A stretch of DNA of 64,000 bases from the human T2T-CHM13v2.0 reference genome, Homo sapiens, in assembly GCF_009914755.1 (NCBI RefSeq), contig NC_060935.1. One strand, 5' to 3'. Position 1 is the stretch's first letter, and each line of letters begins with the position of its first letter. Shown in pieces: positions 43,935 through 61,167 of the stretch. Below the pieces are notes generated by a model. It did not search any database, was not told where the DNA came from, and saw only the letters and a program-made list of their open reading frames with translations. The translations under genes and the position numbers were made by a program.

Positions 43935-44308
43935 CACCTGAGATTGGGTAATTTAGAAAGAAAAGAGGTTTATTTAGCTCATGGTTTTGCAGGCTTGGAA
44001 GTTCAAGGACATGGCCACCCTGGCTTCTGGTGAGGGTGTCATAACATGGCAGACAAGGTCAAAAGAGAAGAGAACAGGTACAAAGAGAGAAAACCTGAAG
44101 AGCATCTGGGCTTTATAACAACCCACTCTTATGGGAACTAATCCATTCCTGTGTTGCCAGAGTGAGAATGCAAAGCCATTTCATGAGGGATCCACCCCCA
44201 AAACCCAAACACTTCCCACTAGGTCCCACAGCCCAACATCACCACATAGGGGATCAAATTTCAACATGAGTTTTGGTGGAGACAAACAAACCATATCCAA
44301 ACCATATC
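43935..44308 (-). mobile_element. MST-type MaLR LTR
   Basis: cctgagattgggtaattt...catgagttttggtgg...ccaaaccatatc. Confidence 0.7.
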
Positions 44309-45425
44309 CACCTTATACAAAAATTAACTCGGGATGGATCACAGACTTAAATATACAAAATGTAAAACTATATAAAACTTTTAGAAAAAAAGGAGAAAAT
44401 TTTGGGGATTTGGAACTAAGTAAAGAGTTCTTAGACTTGCCACTAAATGTATGATCCATAAAAGGAAAAATTAATTAATTGGACTTAATAAATTTTAAAA
44501 GCTTTGCTTGGTGAAAGGCTCTATTAAGGGCATAAGAATACAACCTATAGACCAGGAGAACATATTTTCATACCACCTATTTGGCAAAAGACTAGTATCT
44601 AGAATATATAAAGAACTCTGAAAATTCAACATTAAAAAAATAAATAATACAACTGGAAAATTAGCAAAAGACATGAAAACAGTTCACTAAAGAGAATATT
44701 CAAATAAAAAATGCATGAAAAGATTTTCAACATTATTAGCTACATTGAATTTAATGTAGATTAAAACCACAATGGAATGTTACTACATACCTAGAGGGTG
44801 GCTGAAATTAAAAACTGACAACACCAAATGCTGGTGAGGATGCACAAAAACTGCATCATTCATACACCACTGATGGGAATGTAAAATGTACATGAAAATA
44901 AATTAGTTTGGCAGTTTCTTTTAAAACTAAACATGCAACTACCATGTAGCCAGGCAACTGTACTCTTGAGCATTTATCCCAGAGAAATGAAAACATACTC
45001 ACACAAAAATCTGTATGTGAATGTTTATAGTAACACTGTTCAAAATTGCAAAAAAAAAAAAAAAATGGAAATAATCCAGATGTCCCCCAGCGGGTAAATG
45101 TTTAAACAAACTGTGATACATCCAAGCCATGGAATACTGCTCAACAATGGAAAAGAACAACAACCTGGATGAATCTCCAGATAATTTTTTGAGTGAAAAA
45201 AAAAAAATCCCAAAAAGTTCTATACTGTATGATTCCATTTAAATAGGAAGTTAGGGTGGAAAGACATTGGGTGTGGATATAAAATGGCAACATGAGGGAA
45301 CTTTGTTCTTTATCTTGACCTTATCAGTGTTAATATCCTTGTGTGATATTGCACTGTAGTTTTGCAAGATGTTACCAGTGGAGGTAATTGGATAAAGTGA
45401 CAGAGGATCTCTTATTTCTAAAAAT
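44309..45425 (+). mobile_element. L1MB/MC 3' fragment
   Basis: ccttatacaaaaattaactc... ORF2 C-terminus and 3'UTR motifs. Confidence 0.7.
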
Positions 45426-45478
45426 TTAAGAAGTAAATCAGATACAAAGAAATATGATGTAAAGAAAACCTCATTCAC

Positions 45479-45842
45479 GAGTTCATGTCCTTTGCAGGGA
45501 CATGGATGAAGCTGGAAACCATCAGCCTCAGCAAACTAACCCAAGAACAGAAAACCAAACGCTGCATGTTCTCACTCATAAGTGAGAGTTGAACAGTGAG
45601 AACACATGGACACAGGAAGGGGAACATCACACATGGGGGCCTGTCAGGGGGTGGGGGGCAAGGGGAGGGAGAACATTAGGACAAATACCTAATGCATGAG
45701 GGGCTTAAAACCTAGATGACGGGTTGATAGGTGCAGCAAACCACCATGGCACATGAATACCTATGTAACAAACCTGCACATTCTGCATATGTATCCCAGA
45801 GCTTAAAGTAAAATTCAAAAAAAAAGAAAAGAAAAGAAATAC
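45479..45842 (+). mobile_element. 5'-truncated L1PA 3' end
   Basis: L1PA 3'UTR plus A tail; TSD aagaaaacctca(t/c)tcac. Confidence 0.88.
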
Positions 45843-45894
45843 AAGAAAACCTCACTCACAATCTGGCATGTCTAGTCTTCCTTTTATTTAAAAT

Positions 45895-46452
45895 AGTTGA
45901 TTCTCAATCCTGGATGTTGTAACTCCCACAGTAGACTTTTGGTGATGTCTAGAGACATTTTTGATGGTCACAATCGAAAGAGTGCTGCTGCATCTAGTGG
46001 GTAGAGGCCAGGAATGCTGCCAAACATCCTAAAATGCACAGAACAGCCCCCATAACAAAGAAGTATCAAGACAAGGCTGGGCGGGTGGCTCACGCCTGTA
46101 ATCCCAGCACTTTGGGAGGCCGAGGCAAGTGGATCATGAGGTCAGGAGATCAAGACCATCCTGGCTAACACAGTGAAACCCCGTCTCTACTAGAAATACA
46201 AAAAATTAGCCGGGCGTGGTGGCGGGTGCCTGTAGTCCCAGCTACTCGGGAGGCTGAGGCAGGAGAATGGCGTGAACCCGGGAGGCGGAGCTTTCAGTGA
46301 GCCAAGATTGCACCACTGCACTCCAGCCTGGGCGACAGAGTGAGACTCCATCTCAAAAATAAAATAAAATAAATTAAATTAAATTAAATTAAAAATAAAA
46401 AAAGAAGTATCAAGACAAAAACATCAATAGTGCTGAGGTTGAGAAACCCTGA
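45895..46452. mobile_element. MER20 interrupted by AluY (46075-46402)
   Basis: MER20 ends (gattctcaa...gttgagaaaccctg); Alu TSD aaagaagtatcaagacaa. Confidence 0.85.
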
Positions 46453-48006
46453 TTTACCACATTAATATCTTTCACTCTGCATCAACATTTACAACATCTG
46501 TCCCTCCCAAATGAGGAATCTCATTGATTATTAGTAATTTCAGGACAGGAACTAAGTGAAATAAATTACTAAGTGAAAGGTAGTAACTAAATGTTCTTCT
46601 TCTGAGGGATCCCAAGGCTAAAATTACCAAAAATGAAAATAAAGCAAAATTAATTCAACCAAACTTGATTTTCATTGTACATGTGGCAATACTAGATGTT
46701 ATGAATAACAACAAATGTAAGACATATGGTGCCCCAAAAAGCTTAATATTCTTGAGAGAATAAGACACATATACTTGGAAAAGTAATAACAGTAAGGCAA
46801 ATTGTGAGTAAAAATGCTTAATATGTAAGTAAGAATAATTGAGAAAAATGAGTTGGCCTTTAAAAAATAGATTTAAGAAGAAAAGAATTTTAGAATGGAA
46901 GCAATTAACAATATCTCATTTAACTATTGATTTTGTAGGTGAAGTAGCTGAAACACAGACTGACTAACTTATCCAAATTATGAGAGCAAATTACTGAGAC
47001 CAGAACTTTAGTCTCCTGATTCCTGATCCTTTGTTGCTGTTTCCTGTATAACACACTGCCTTTGTGATTGCTGGAAAGACATAAACAGAGAAGGCCGTGT
47101 ATGACTATCAGTGGAAATGTACATCATCTCTTCATCATCATCATCATCATGTAGCAATGGTAGATGTTGTGAATACTAGATGCTGATTCTCAATCCTGGA
47201 TATGTTGACCTCACGGTGGACATTTGGTGATGTCTGGGGACATTTTTGATTGTCCATCATCATCAGAGCTGACATTTGAGTGTTTAGTAAACATACTGGT
47301 GAAGGGTTCACATTATGAAATATCAGAAAGTAAGATTGGAAAGGAATGAGCATCTCAAGAAGAAAAGATAAGACTAAACAGAATAGTAACAGTCTCGATC
47401 TAAATGTTGTAGATGTTAAATGACAAATAAAAGCAAGTGCTACAAAAATTTCAAAGATGGTCAGATTCCGATGGCTTAAGGGTAGTTAGGCAGGGCTTGG
47501 TAGAAGAGGTGAGTTGGAGCTGAGAATTCAAGAGCTCCACAGGATTTGGAAAGAGAGGAGAGGTCAATCTAGATAAAGAAGGCAGTATAGGGCACAGAGT
47601 TAAATAAACCAAGTGGCTTTCAGGACAGCGAAGAAACAAAACTAGCTAGAGTAGAGGACTTGAGTAGAGGGGAAATAAGACTGAAAAGGCACGATGGCTC
47701 CAGATTGTGCAGGAACCCAGGCAAACTGAATTTACTCTGGCAAAGAGAAGTCACTGCAAGTGCTTAAGCAGAATAACTTGATTAAAGTTTTAGGAAGATT
47801 CATCTGGCAATGACGTAGGATGGATTGAGCCAAGAGAGATATAAGGGAAGGCAGGGAGCTATTCATCTAATAAGAGTAAGAATAAAGAATAACAATACTA
47901 TACAATATCTATAATGTATTTAGTTATTATTACTTGGTAGACACTGTGCTAACATGCACTTTTTAATTTAATTCTCACCACAACCCTACAAAGGAAATTG
48001 AATTAG

Positions 48007-48760
48007 TGAACATTTTTTCCCCTCCACTCTCACATACCACTCAACACAACACTTCCCACACCACATGTGTGGGAGTTATTTCCCCACACACCAAGCAATC
48101 AGCTCTGCAGTGGACATCAGCTGGGTGTCTTCTAGTTCAATTATGATTCTATATACTTGGAAATAGGGTCAAATCCCACAGGTTGAGGGCTCAGGCCCGC
48201 AAGAATTCCCCCCGCTTCAGATGCCAGTCACAAGTAGTAGACTGTCACCCATACTTCTGACTGACCAGCAATAAATTGGGAGCCCCTACAACCCCCTCCT
48301 TAGATTCAGTTAACTTGCTAGAGCAGCTTACAGAACTCAGGCAAACATTTTACTTACATCAACTCACTAATTACGGAGGATATTACAAAGGATACAGATG
48401 AACAGCCAGCTGGAAGAGGTACATAGGGCAAGGCATGTGAGGGGGGTATGAAGCTTCCATGCCCTCTCTGAGCATGCCACCCTCAAGGAACCTCTATATG
48501 TTCAGCTATTCAGAAGCTCCCCACAAGCTATCCTTTTAACTTTTTATGGAAACTTTATTACATAGGCATGATTGATTACACTGGTCATTGGTGATCAACT
48601 CAGTCTGCAGCCTCTCTCCCCTCCCTGGTGGCCGGGAGATGGGGCTGAAAGTCCCAACACTCATCATGCCTCGGTCTTTCTGGTGACCAGCCCCCATCCT
48701 GCAACCAGTCATCTCACTAGCATTCAAAAGCCACTCTTATCATTTAAGAGATTTCAAAGG
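48007..48760. mobile_element. MER21-family LTR inserted in a MIR
   Basis: Homologous to 8765-9685; MIR halves at ~47900-48005 and ~48853-48960. Confidence 0.7.
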
Positions 48761-48996
48761 TGAGATTTCTAGCCTGGGTGAGATGTTGTCCAGGCTAGAG
48801 TGCAGTGGTGTGATCATAGCTCACTACAGCCTCTACCTCCCATGCTCAAGTGTATTATCCCCATTTTATAAGTGAGAAAATTGAGTCAAAGAGATGCTAA
48901 GTAACTTGTCCTTATCACAAACTAGGGAGTAGAGAAGGCAGAATTTGTACCTAGATAATATGACACCATAATATGAGCTTATATTCTGAACTATGC

Positions 48997-49424
48997 CATG
49001 TAAACAAAGTATGGGAGGCCACTGTTTGGACTAGCTTCCTGCACGAGGTTCCAAGAGATCAAACCAACCAGAATGAAGTCGTTCACATTAGGTGCCACAT
49101 AATCAAACTGACCTCTGAAACAGGCCAGTTTTCCAAAAACAGAAGATTCATAGCAGCCAATCAGGAGTACGGATTACCTAAGCTAGCATGATGAGGATGT
49201 TCCCTGTTTTAACACTATAAGGAAAGAAATTTTGAACCGACCAATCTACTTTTTGTTCCATTTCTGCTTTCTTCTACCCTTTTCTGCCTATGAAGCCAAA
49301 CTCCTCTGCTCACTTCATCTGAACACTCATTCTATTTTATAAAATGAGGTGTTGATTCTGGAATCACAAATAAAAGCCAATTTGAACTTGAAGCTAAATT
49401 TGCTGTAATCGTATCTTTTGATAG
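48997..49424 (+). mobile_element. ERV1 solo LTR (MER57-like)
   Basis: gggaggccactgtttggactag...ccaatc boxes, AATAAA near the 3' end. Confidence 0.6.
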
Positions 49425-49680
49425 TCATGTCCTCCCATATTATTAAATGTGTTACTGAAAGAATCCAAGAATGAAATAATTAGGACTGAACTAGTAATTA
49501 GTAGCAAAAAGGAAATGGAAAGGAGAGAAATAAAGCTGAATAATGTAATGTTTGTTAGAAAAATGGGGATGAGAAAGAGTAAAAAATGCTTAAGTGTTGG
49601 GAGTGATTAATACCACAGATAGAAACGGGAATCGCAAGGTGAATCCAGAGAGGAAAGATGAGTAATAAAAATTTCAGATA

Positions 49681-49945
<265 letters not shown>

Positions 49946-51315
49946 TCAGATATGTTGCATTTGGGAAGATGAAAAGACATCTATGTAGAAATTCTAGAAT
50001 ACAGCTAAGGTAGATATTAGAAACTCAGGAAAGAGGTAAGGATTGGAAATACAGATTTTGAAATTACTCCACATAAAATGGATAGTGGAAGCAACAAAAC
50101 CATTAAGCTCTCCAAGGTTTAAAAAAAAAAAAAAACGGAAAGGATCAATACTTGGGGTACAGCAATAGTTGAGTGGCAGAAAAGAGGTGGGAGGAGAGCC
50201 AGGACAGGGTACTCTCAGAGTTCCACGAATGAGAGTTTCAGGAGAAGGCAGTGAACACACTTGGTATCACACAGGCTGCCTTCTTTCATTCTGCACTTTC
50301 TCCCTGGAAGACTTTATTCTTACCCTTTACTTAAACTACATCCACCTATATGCAAATGAGTCATACATCCATATCTCCAGGCCATATGTTTCATCTAAGC
50401 TCCATGCTCAGTCCTCATTCTTTTTTACTTCTTAAAAGTAGGCTAAGTAACTTGTCCTTATCACAAACCAGGGAGTAGAGGAGGCAGAATTTGTGCCTAG
50501 ATAATATGATACCATAATATGAGCTTATATTCTACCTACTTTTATCTCCACCTGGAAGTCCCCAGGGTATCTCAAATTCTACATGCCCAAAATCTAACTC
50601 TGCCTCTCAAAACAGTTTTCTTCCTGTATTCCCTATCTCAGAAAACAGAATCCAGCTGCACAAACAGGAATCCTATGAATAATCCATGACCTGCCTCTCT
50701 TTCACATCCCAACCCCAGTCAATCCATTTCAAGTCATCATGAGTTCTAGCAACTAACTATCTCTATCCCCTTCTTGAAATCTCTGGCTATTATCCTCCTA
50801 GCCTAAACCACCACAGTCTTCCACCTGGAATAATCCAACTATCTCCCACTTGGACTTCACATACAATCTTCTCCTCTTCAAATCCATTCTCCTCAGTGCT
50901 GCCAACAGATAATTTCAAATGCAAAACTGAATATGTAGCCCTTATCTGACTAATTAGCCATGCCCCAACCCTGCTTAAAACACTTCAGTTTCTATAGCTC
51001 TTATCAAATCTCTTGCCTTGGCCTACAGGACCTGCATGATTTGACCCCTGCCTATCTCTCAGTCTCATCTCTACCATTATTTTCTTTGCTGGTCTTTCTG
51101 TTTCTTGACTCTTCCATTCTTATAGACCTTTGAGTATGCTTTTCCCACTACCTAGCAAACTCCTTTCACCCTCTTCACTTCCCTCCACGTCCTTTCACCT
51201 ACTTATCCTTCAATTCTTGGTTCAGTGACACTATGCCAAATCTCCCTATTATTAAATGTTCTCATTGAACCATTTGCCTTTCCTTAGCATTGAACACAAC
51301 TGTAATTTTATAATA

Positions 51316-51556
51316 CAGTTGCCTCTTGAACAACACAAGTTTGAACTTCACAGGTTCACTTATACGTGAATTTTTTTCAACAAAAGGCAATGGAAAATGC
51401 AGTATTTGAGAGATATGAAACCTGGGTATACAGAGGGCCAACCTTTTCATATAAGTGGGTTCTGTAGGTCTAACTTTAGGACTTAAGTATGCATGGATTT
51501 TTGGTATATGCAGGGGCCCTGAAACCAATACCCAGATTATACTGAGGGACAACTGT
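51316..51556. mobile_element. MER8 (Tigger2 derivative) inside an L2
   Basis: TA-flanked TIRs cagttgcctcttga ... tactgagggacaactg. Confidence 0.75.
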
Positions 51557-51715
51557 AATTTGTGATTGTTTCATCAATGTCAATTTCTCCTATCAGACCA
51601 AAAGCTCCATAAGGGCAGAAATTGTGTCTTTTTATTCACTATCAAATCACGAAGACATAGCACAGCACTTACAACAGGTGTTCATTAAATATTTGCAGAA
51701 TTGATTATCAAATAC

Positions 51716-52045
<330 letters not shown>

Positions 52046-52468
52046 TTTTTATCAAATACTTTTAAGAAGTAAAAAAGAATGAGGGCTGAGCAAGACGATT
52101 GGAGCTGACTACCAAGATCACTGGTGACCTTTGAAAGTACAGTTTGAATATACTGATGAGGGTAGAATCCAGAATGCAGGGACTTAAGGAGCAACTGAGC
52201 AAACAAAATATGGAAGAGAGAATGGACAAAAAGGCTGACAGAAGGGAGCAGCAGTCTCAAGGGAAAGCTGGTTATTTTCATTTTGTTATTCTTTATGCCA
52301 TTATTGTTCTGCCTCCAATACTGAGAAGACTTAAACAGAGAAGAATTGAAAATATTAGCGACAGGATGTAATTAGTCAGACAAGGGAGGACTATAGTTGA
52401 AAAGTTTGTCTGAAAATGTCAACAAAGAGGTGAGGTAAGCAAAGATATCATAAAGGAGTGGTTAACTT

Positions 52469-52764
<296 letters not shown>

Positions 52765-53208
52765 AGAGTGGTTAACAAGCATGATGATACAACCAGTTGA
52801 AAGCAATATTTGAGTTCATAAAGAAGTTGATGAGTTGATAAACCAACAACACCTAATTGGGGAAAGCATAAGGAAGAGAGCTGTGTTGCAATCAAAAGGT
52901 AAGGAAGCCATATTCAACTACACTGCTTAGATGTAATCAGCAAAATCCAGATTGTGGGAGATTGTACAGGGCCAATAACCTGGTTCCTTCAACAAATAAA
53001 TTGCAAGGAAAAAAATGAGGGAGAAATTTAAAGAATAAAAGAAACTTAAAGAACATATGGATTTGACATATCATGTGGATTTGACTGGATCCTGACCCAG
53101 TTAAGCAAACTTTAAAAAAAGAAAGACAAGTAGAAAATTGAACTCTGGATATCTGATGATAGTAAGAAAATATATTAACTACTTTAGGTGTGATAATAGT
53201 ATTATGTT

Positions 53209-53530
<322 letters not shown>

Positions 53531-54049
53531 TTAAAAGGTCCTTTAATTTTTCAGAGATCATACTGAAATATTTAGATTTCAGATACTCAGTATTTGCTTC
53601 AAAATAATACAAGACAAGGTATGTGGTGATATAGAAGCAACAAGACTGGTCATAAGTTAATCATTGCTGAATCTGGTATTGAGTTCACTGGGCTTCATTA
53701 TGTATGGTTTTTTAACATTTGTTTGAAATTTTCCATAACAAATTTTTAAGATGAGATTTGGTTTGCAGAGTAGGATTTTTCTCTATATACTGTATTTTAA
53801 GTGGTCATGGTTAAAGTTTCTTGTTTAAGGTTTGACCGGGGTTCAGTAGATTTCTGGGAACCACAAGCATTATTAAATCAGATCTAAGAAAAATTGGAGG
53901 ACTAAGCAATCCACAAAAAAACCAGGGTTGGGTAGAACACAAGATACCACTTGCAATATGAAATATTCAGGAGTAGATCCTTCAAGCTGCTATGTATTAA
54001 ACGTTTTCAAAGATCAAAATTTAATATAAAGGATAACAGAAACTAATTG

Positions 54050-54359
<310 letters not shown>

Positions 54360-54545
54360 AACGAACTGGGGGATCCATAAGGAGAATGCTGATGTTCAAA
54401 GCTGGAAGAAAAATGATTCCATCTACTCTTTGGTTTCTAAGACAGATTGGAGATTCAAAGCCAAAGAAAAAGTCATGCTGGCATAAGATAAAACCTGAGC
54501 ATATTAAATTTGCTCCTATGGAAAGAAAAGAATATATGCACTAAA

Positions 54546-55042
54546 ACAAAGGTCCCCAACCCCCAGGCCACGGACAGGCACCTAGGAACCAGGCCGCAAG
54601 GCAGGGGGTAAGCCGTAGGAGCTTCATCTGTTTGTACAGCCACTCCCCATCTGGCATTACTGCCTGAGCTCTGCCTTCCGTCGCATGAACAGGGGTGTTA
54701 GAGTCTCACAAGAGCGTGAACCCTATTGTGAACTGCGCAAGCCAGGGATCTAGGTTGCATGCTCCTTATGAGAATCTAATGCCTGATGATCTGTCACTGT
54801 CTCCCATCACCCCCAGATGGGACCATCTAGTTGCAGAAAAACAAGCTCAGGGCTCCCACTGATTCTACATTACAGTGAGTTGCATAATTATTTCATTATA
54901 TGTTACAATATAATAATAGAAATAAAGTGCACAATAAATGTAATGCGCTTGAATCATCCCAAAACCATACCCCCTCTCTGAGCCATGGAAAAATTGTCTT
55001 CCATGAAACCTGTCTCTAGTGCCAAAAAGGTTGGGACCGCTG
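54546..55042. mobile_element. MER1A DNA transposon
   Basis: TIRs ggtccccaaccccc ... aaaaggttgggaccgctg. Confidence 0.8.
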
Positions 55043-55525
55043 CACTAAAGGAGTGTTATGATATTGCAGATGTAGGGGCAGTCACTCAAATCTCCACAAC
55101 CTACTTCTGTCATCTTCCCTCCTTTGTTCTTTCCATTTTCTTCCTCCCACAAATTCAAAGTGCCTTAGAGGTAGCACAAAGGCCCTGAGGCAAAGAGGGA
55201 GAGTAAGAGATAATACGAAGTGTTTGGAGGAAAAGGATTAAACATTTCTCCCCTCCCACTGAATCCTGGATTTAAGAAATGGTGTAAGATGAACTTGACA
55301 ACTAGCACCTATTTGTTTAAGGTGGAAAATGCAATGCTCAGGACTCAAGACCAGTTGAGGTAGGTTTGCTTGGTATTGAGTAGGATATTGAACCCTGAGG
55401 GCCTCTCCTCTTGCTTTTACAGATCTCATCCTCAGCAATCCCCAAGCACTAGATTTTTTTTTTTTTTTTTTTACAGGTACAGATGCAAAAAGAGTTAAAA
55501 CATCGGGTTTAAAAAAAAAATTAGT

Positions 55526-57090
<1,565 letters not shown>

Positions 57091-57327
57091 AGCTGCACCT
57101 TTTGTGGACTGCAGCATGGAACCGTCCAAGGTGTTTGTCCACCCCGAAATGGAAATAAATCTTTTTTATTCTAAACAGTATACAATCTCACTAAGCAGGC
57201 AAAGAAAAACATTAAGATATCTTTTTAGATTGGTAAGATTTTTCAGTACCCCATGCTGCTGAGAGAGTGAAGAAATGAAAGCAAGCACCTTTATGGCCTG
57301 TGTGCTGGGGATAATCTGTTTTTCTAG

Positions 57328-57700
<373 letters not shown>

Positions 57701-58267
57701 CTAAGTCATAATCCAATTCCAGGAATTTATTCCAAGGACATAAATCGGACAAGAATGCAAACATAGTATGTACATGTTTTTAGCAATCCGAGCAACATTT
57801 AGTACGTATAAAGAAGAAAGAAAATACTCGAAATTTCATCAGTCACAGATAACCATCAAACACTGTTCACATTTAGGTTTACTTCAGATATATTCATAAT
57901 ATATACCTTATATTTATGTGATTTCCTTATAAAATGTGTTTTAAATAATTGCATGTTACAAATATAATAAAGTATGTTAATTTAAAAGAACGTCAGTTAA
58001 GCAGATTATACATTATTGAGTCAGTAATAAATTGGGAACACATTTCTCTGTCAGTGTCGATACGCATTACCATTTTTAATGGATGCGTGGCGTTTGTTGC
58101 TATGGCTGTATTGTATCATATATTATTTAACCAGTCCCCTACTAATGTACATTTGTTTCCAGTCTCTTCATAATCATAAAATGGTATGGTAGTGGTCACT
58201 TGTATGTATACATGTTTGCATTCTTGTCCAATTTATGTCCTTGGAATAAATTCCTGGAAGTGGATTA

Positions 58268-58702
<435 letters not shown>

Positions 58703-58811
58703 TCACACACTTGCCAGCACCGGGTACTGAAAAAATCTTATCAATCTGAAATGATGTCTTAATGCTTTTATACACATTACTGAAATTGAACATGTTTTCT
58801 GTTTATTAATT

Positions 58812-59112
58812 TTTGTTGCTGTTTAGAAACAGACGTTGGCTTTGTGCCCAGGCTGGAGTGCAGTGGCCAGATCATAGCTCAGTGCAGCCTCAAACTCCAG
58901 GGTTCAAGCGGTCCTCTTGCTTCAGCCCCCATAGTACTGAGACTACAGGTTTATGCCACCACGCCTAGCTAATCTTTTTTCTTTTTTTTTGAGAGATGGG
59001 GGTCTTGCTGTGTTGCACAGGCTGGTCTTGAACTCCTTCACAGCCTCAAGCGATCCTCCCACCTCAGCCTCCAAAGTGCTGGAATTACAGGCATGAGCCA
59101 CTGCGCCCAGCC
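58812..59112 (-). mobile_element. AluJ
   Basis: Diverged antisense Alu. Confidence 0.8.
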
Positions 59113-59965
59113 TGTTTGTTAGTTATTATTCGTTTGGTACGGCATCTGTCTTTTCTCCCCTATCTTACTGATATGTGTACCCTTTAATAGCTTTCTAAGA
59201 GGAATTCAAATTACTGATTTTTAAACGTGTTACAAGTATTTCTCCCAGTTTGTTGTCTCTTTTGCCTTCTTTATGGTATTGTTTGCCTTTGTGGTAGGAT
59301 GTTTTGTTTTGTTTTAATACTGTGATTCTTTAAGCTGCTTGCTTACCTCCCCAGAGGTGGAGAAATTTGTTATAACTCTGCAATAGCCTCCCTGTAGCAG
59401 TCTACTGACCCAGTCCCTTTATCTCATTTTAAAGTCTTTGCCCCTTCTACCCTTGAAATCCTTTTGATTGTAACTAGCTAACCCTAGGATGCTGAGTCAC
59501 TAAGACTTTTGAAGAGAAGATATGGTTAGGTATTTCGGTCAATGTTGTCTGTGTTTACAGAATACAAGTTGCTCTAGCTTTTATGTGAAAGTTTCCCTCT
59601 AAAGAGAAAGGATTGTTCGATCTTTTATATTAGAAAGAGAAGGAACTGACAGTTACCTATGGACCTTATTAAAGTTTCTATTTTATTTATTGTTTGCAAA
59701 CATCATCTTCATATGTTCAAGGAAAAAAATAGGAGTGTGACACAGTTGAAATGCAGAGGAAATAACACATTAATCACTGTATAGTAGGACACATGCCATT
59801 AAAAAAAAAAAACTAACTCTTGGCTTTACTGCCAAAAATCCTCCTAGCCCAGAGTCTCACAAATCGTTATTTATGTATAAATATATAAAAAGTGTCATTT
59901 AAATTTCACAACCTAAATAGTTCCTTTATTCCAACATTTATTTAGTCCTTACCATGGGCCAGAGA

Positions 59966-61167
59966 CTTCGGATTTGTACAAATGCTGTCTAAGAGAGCAA
60001 GTACTTTTGCAAAGTTGCATTTGGGGGCTTCCCATTTGTTCCACCTGTGATGACTGTCTTGACTTTTTCTATGGCAACTACCAAAAATGTAGTCACTAAA
60101 TTCTTACTCTTCTAGATTGGATAATATAATCTAGCCAGACTTGAAGGGATTTTACTTAAGATCTAAGACCCTGATCTTCTGATTCCTTTGCTTCTACACA
60201 GTATCCTAACAATGACTTATGGTTAGTGCATTTTGTTCCATGTATCACTGCTTCAGAGTTAATTTTTTTAAACTCTATTCTTCTTTTCTAGGTTTTTTTT
60301 TTTTACTTGAATGTAAATACCAATCAAGATACATTGAAATAAGGTAAGAAATTGAAAAAAAAAAAAAAAAAAACCTTGGTTTGCACTTACATATTTAAGT
60401 TATTCCACCATGATCATTGATTACATGAAAAAGAGTATCTTTAAATCAAAAGTAAAGGCCAAAGTAATTATATTTTAAGAATACTCAGGACATAATGAAG
60501 TGTTGATAGACTGGGTCCCAAAAAGCAGTGATAATGATTCAAATCCAGAAGACTTGGATCATACAATGGGCAATTTTGAATAAATCTTAAGTAATTTGTA
60601 CCACTAATTCCCCATCTCTAAAATGGGGTATTTTCTGGTTCCCTGTCTGCTAGGATATAACAGCTATTATAATGTACTTTTTAGTACTACAGGGTCACCT
60701 CACCTTTTGTATGCTATTTTACTTCCTAAATCTGGAACTGTTTCAGTGAAGTCTATTTCTGTGGTCCACCCCCCTTCTGTAGCAATTATGCAGCATTAGT
60801 TTATGATTTATATATTAGTATTGTTTTTAATTGTCCCATGTGTTATTTGCACTAGCAGCTTGAGGATAGAAAACATATTTGTATACCTGAAGTCTTGAAC
60901 ATGGGTAGGAAAAAACTAATTATTGGTTGGTAAGTAAAACTTTGGATCTCATAAACATGGTAGAATTGTAAATTAGAGGATCAGGGTCTTAGATCTTAAG
61001 TAAAATCTTTCAAGGTTGACTAGATTATACTATCCAATCTAGAAGAGTAAGAATTTAGTGACTACATAAGTCAAGACAGTCATCATAGGTAAAATAAACA
61101 AGAAGCCTTCAAATGTAAGTTTGCAAAATTACTCATTCTCTGAGGTGGCATTTGTAAAAATTCCAAA
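59966..61167. repeat. Inverted repeat IR2 flanking HYLS1 exon 2
   Basis: 59966-60184 vs reverse complement of 60971-61167; perfect blocks of 37 bp (60087-60123 / 61031-61067) and 29 bp (60148-60176 / 60979-61007). Confidence 0.92.
60292..60343 (+). other. HYLS1: HYLS1 non-coding exon 2 (52 nt)
   Basis: ttcttcttttctag acceptor and AAG|GTAAGA donor. Confidence 0.75.

Noticed and set aside
47183-47255. Similarity to 45899-45970 suggesting a local duplication
   Set aside because: Both are MER20 ends; family homology is sufficient
55410-55480. Possible extra upstream HYLS1 exon (ttttacag...acag|gtacag)
   Set aside because: The acceptor is plausible but the donor is weak; cannot be supported without transcript data
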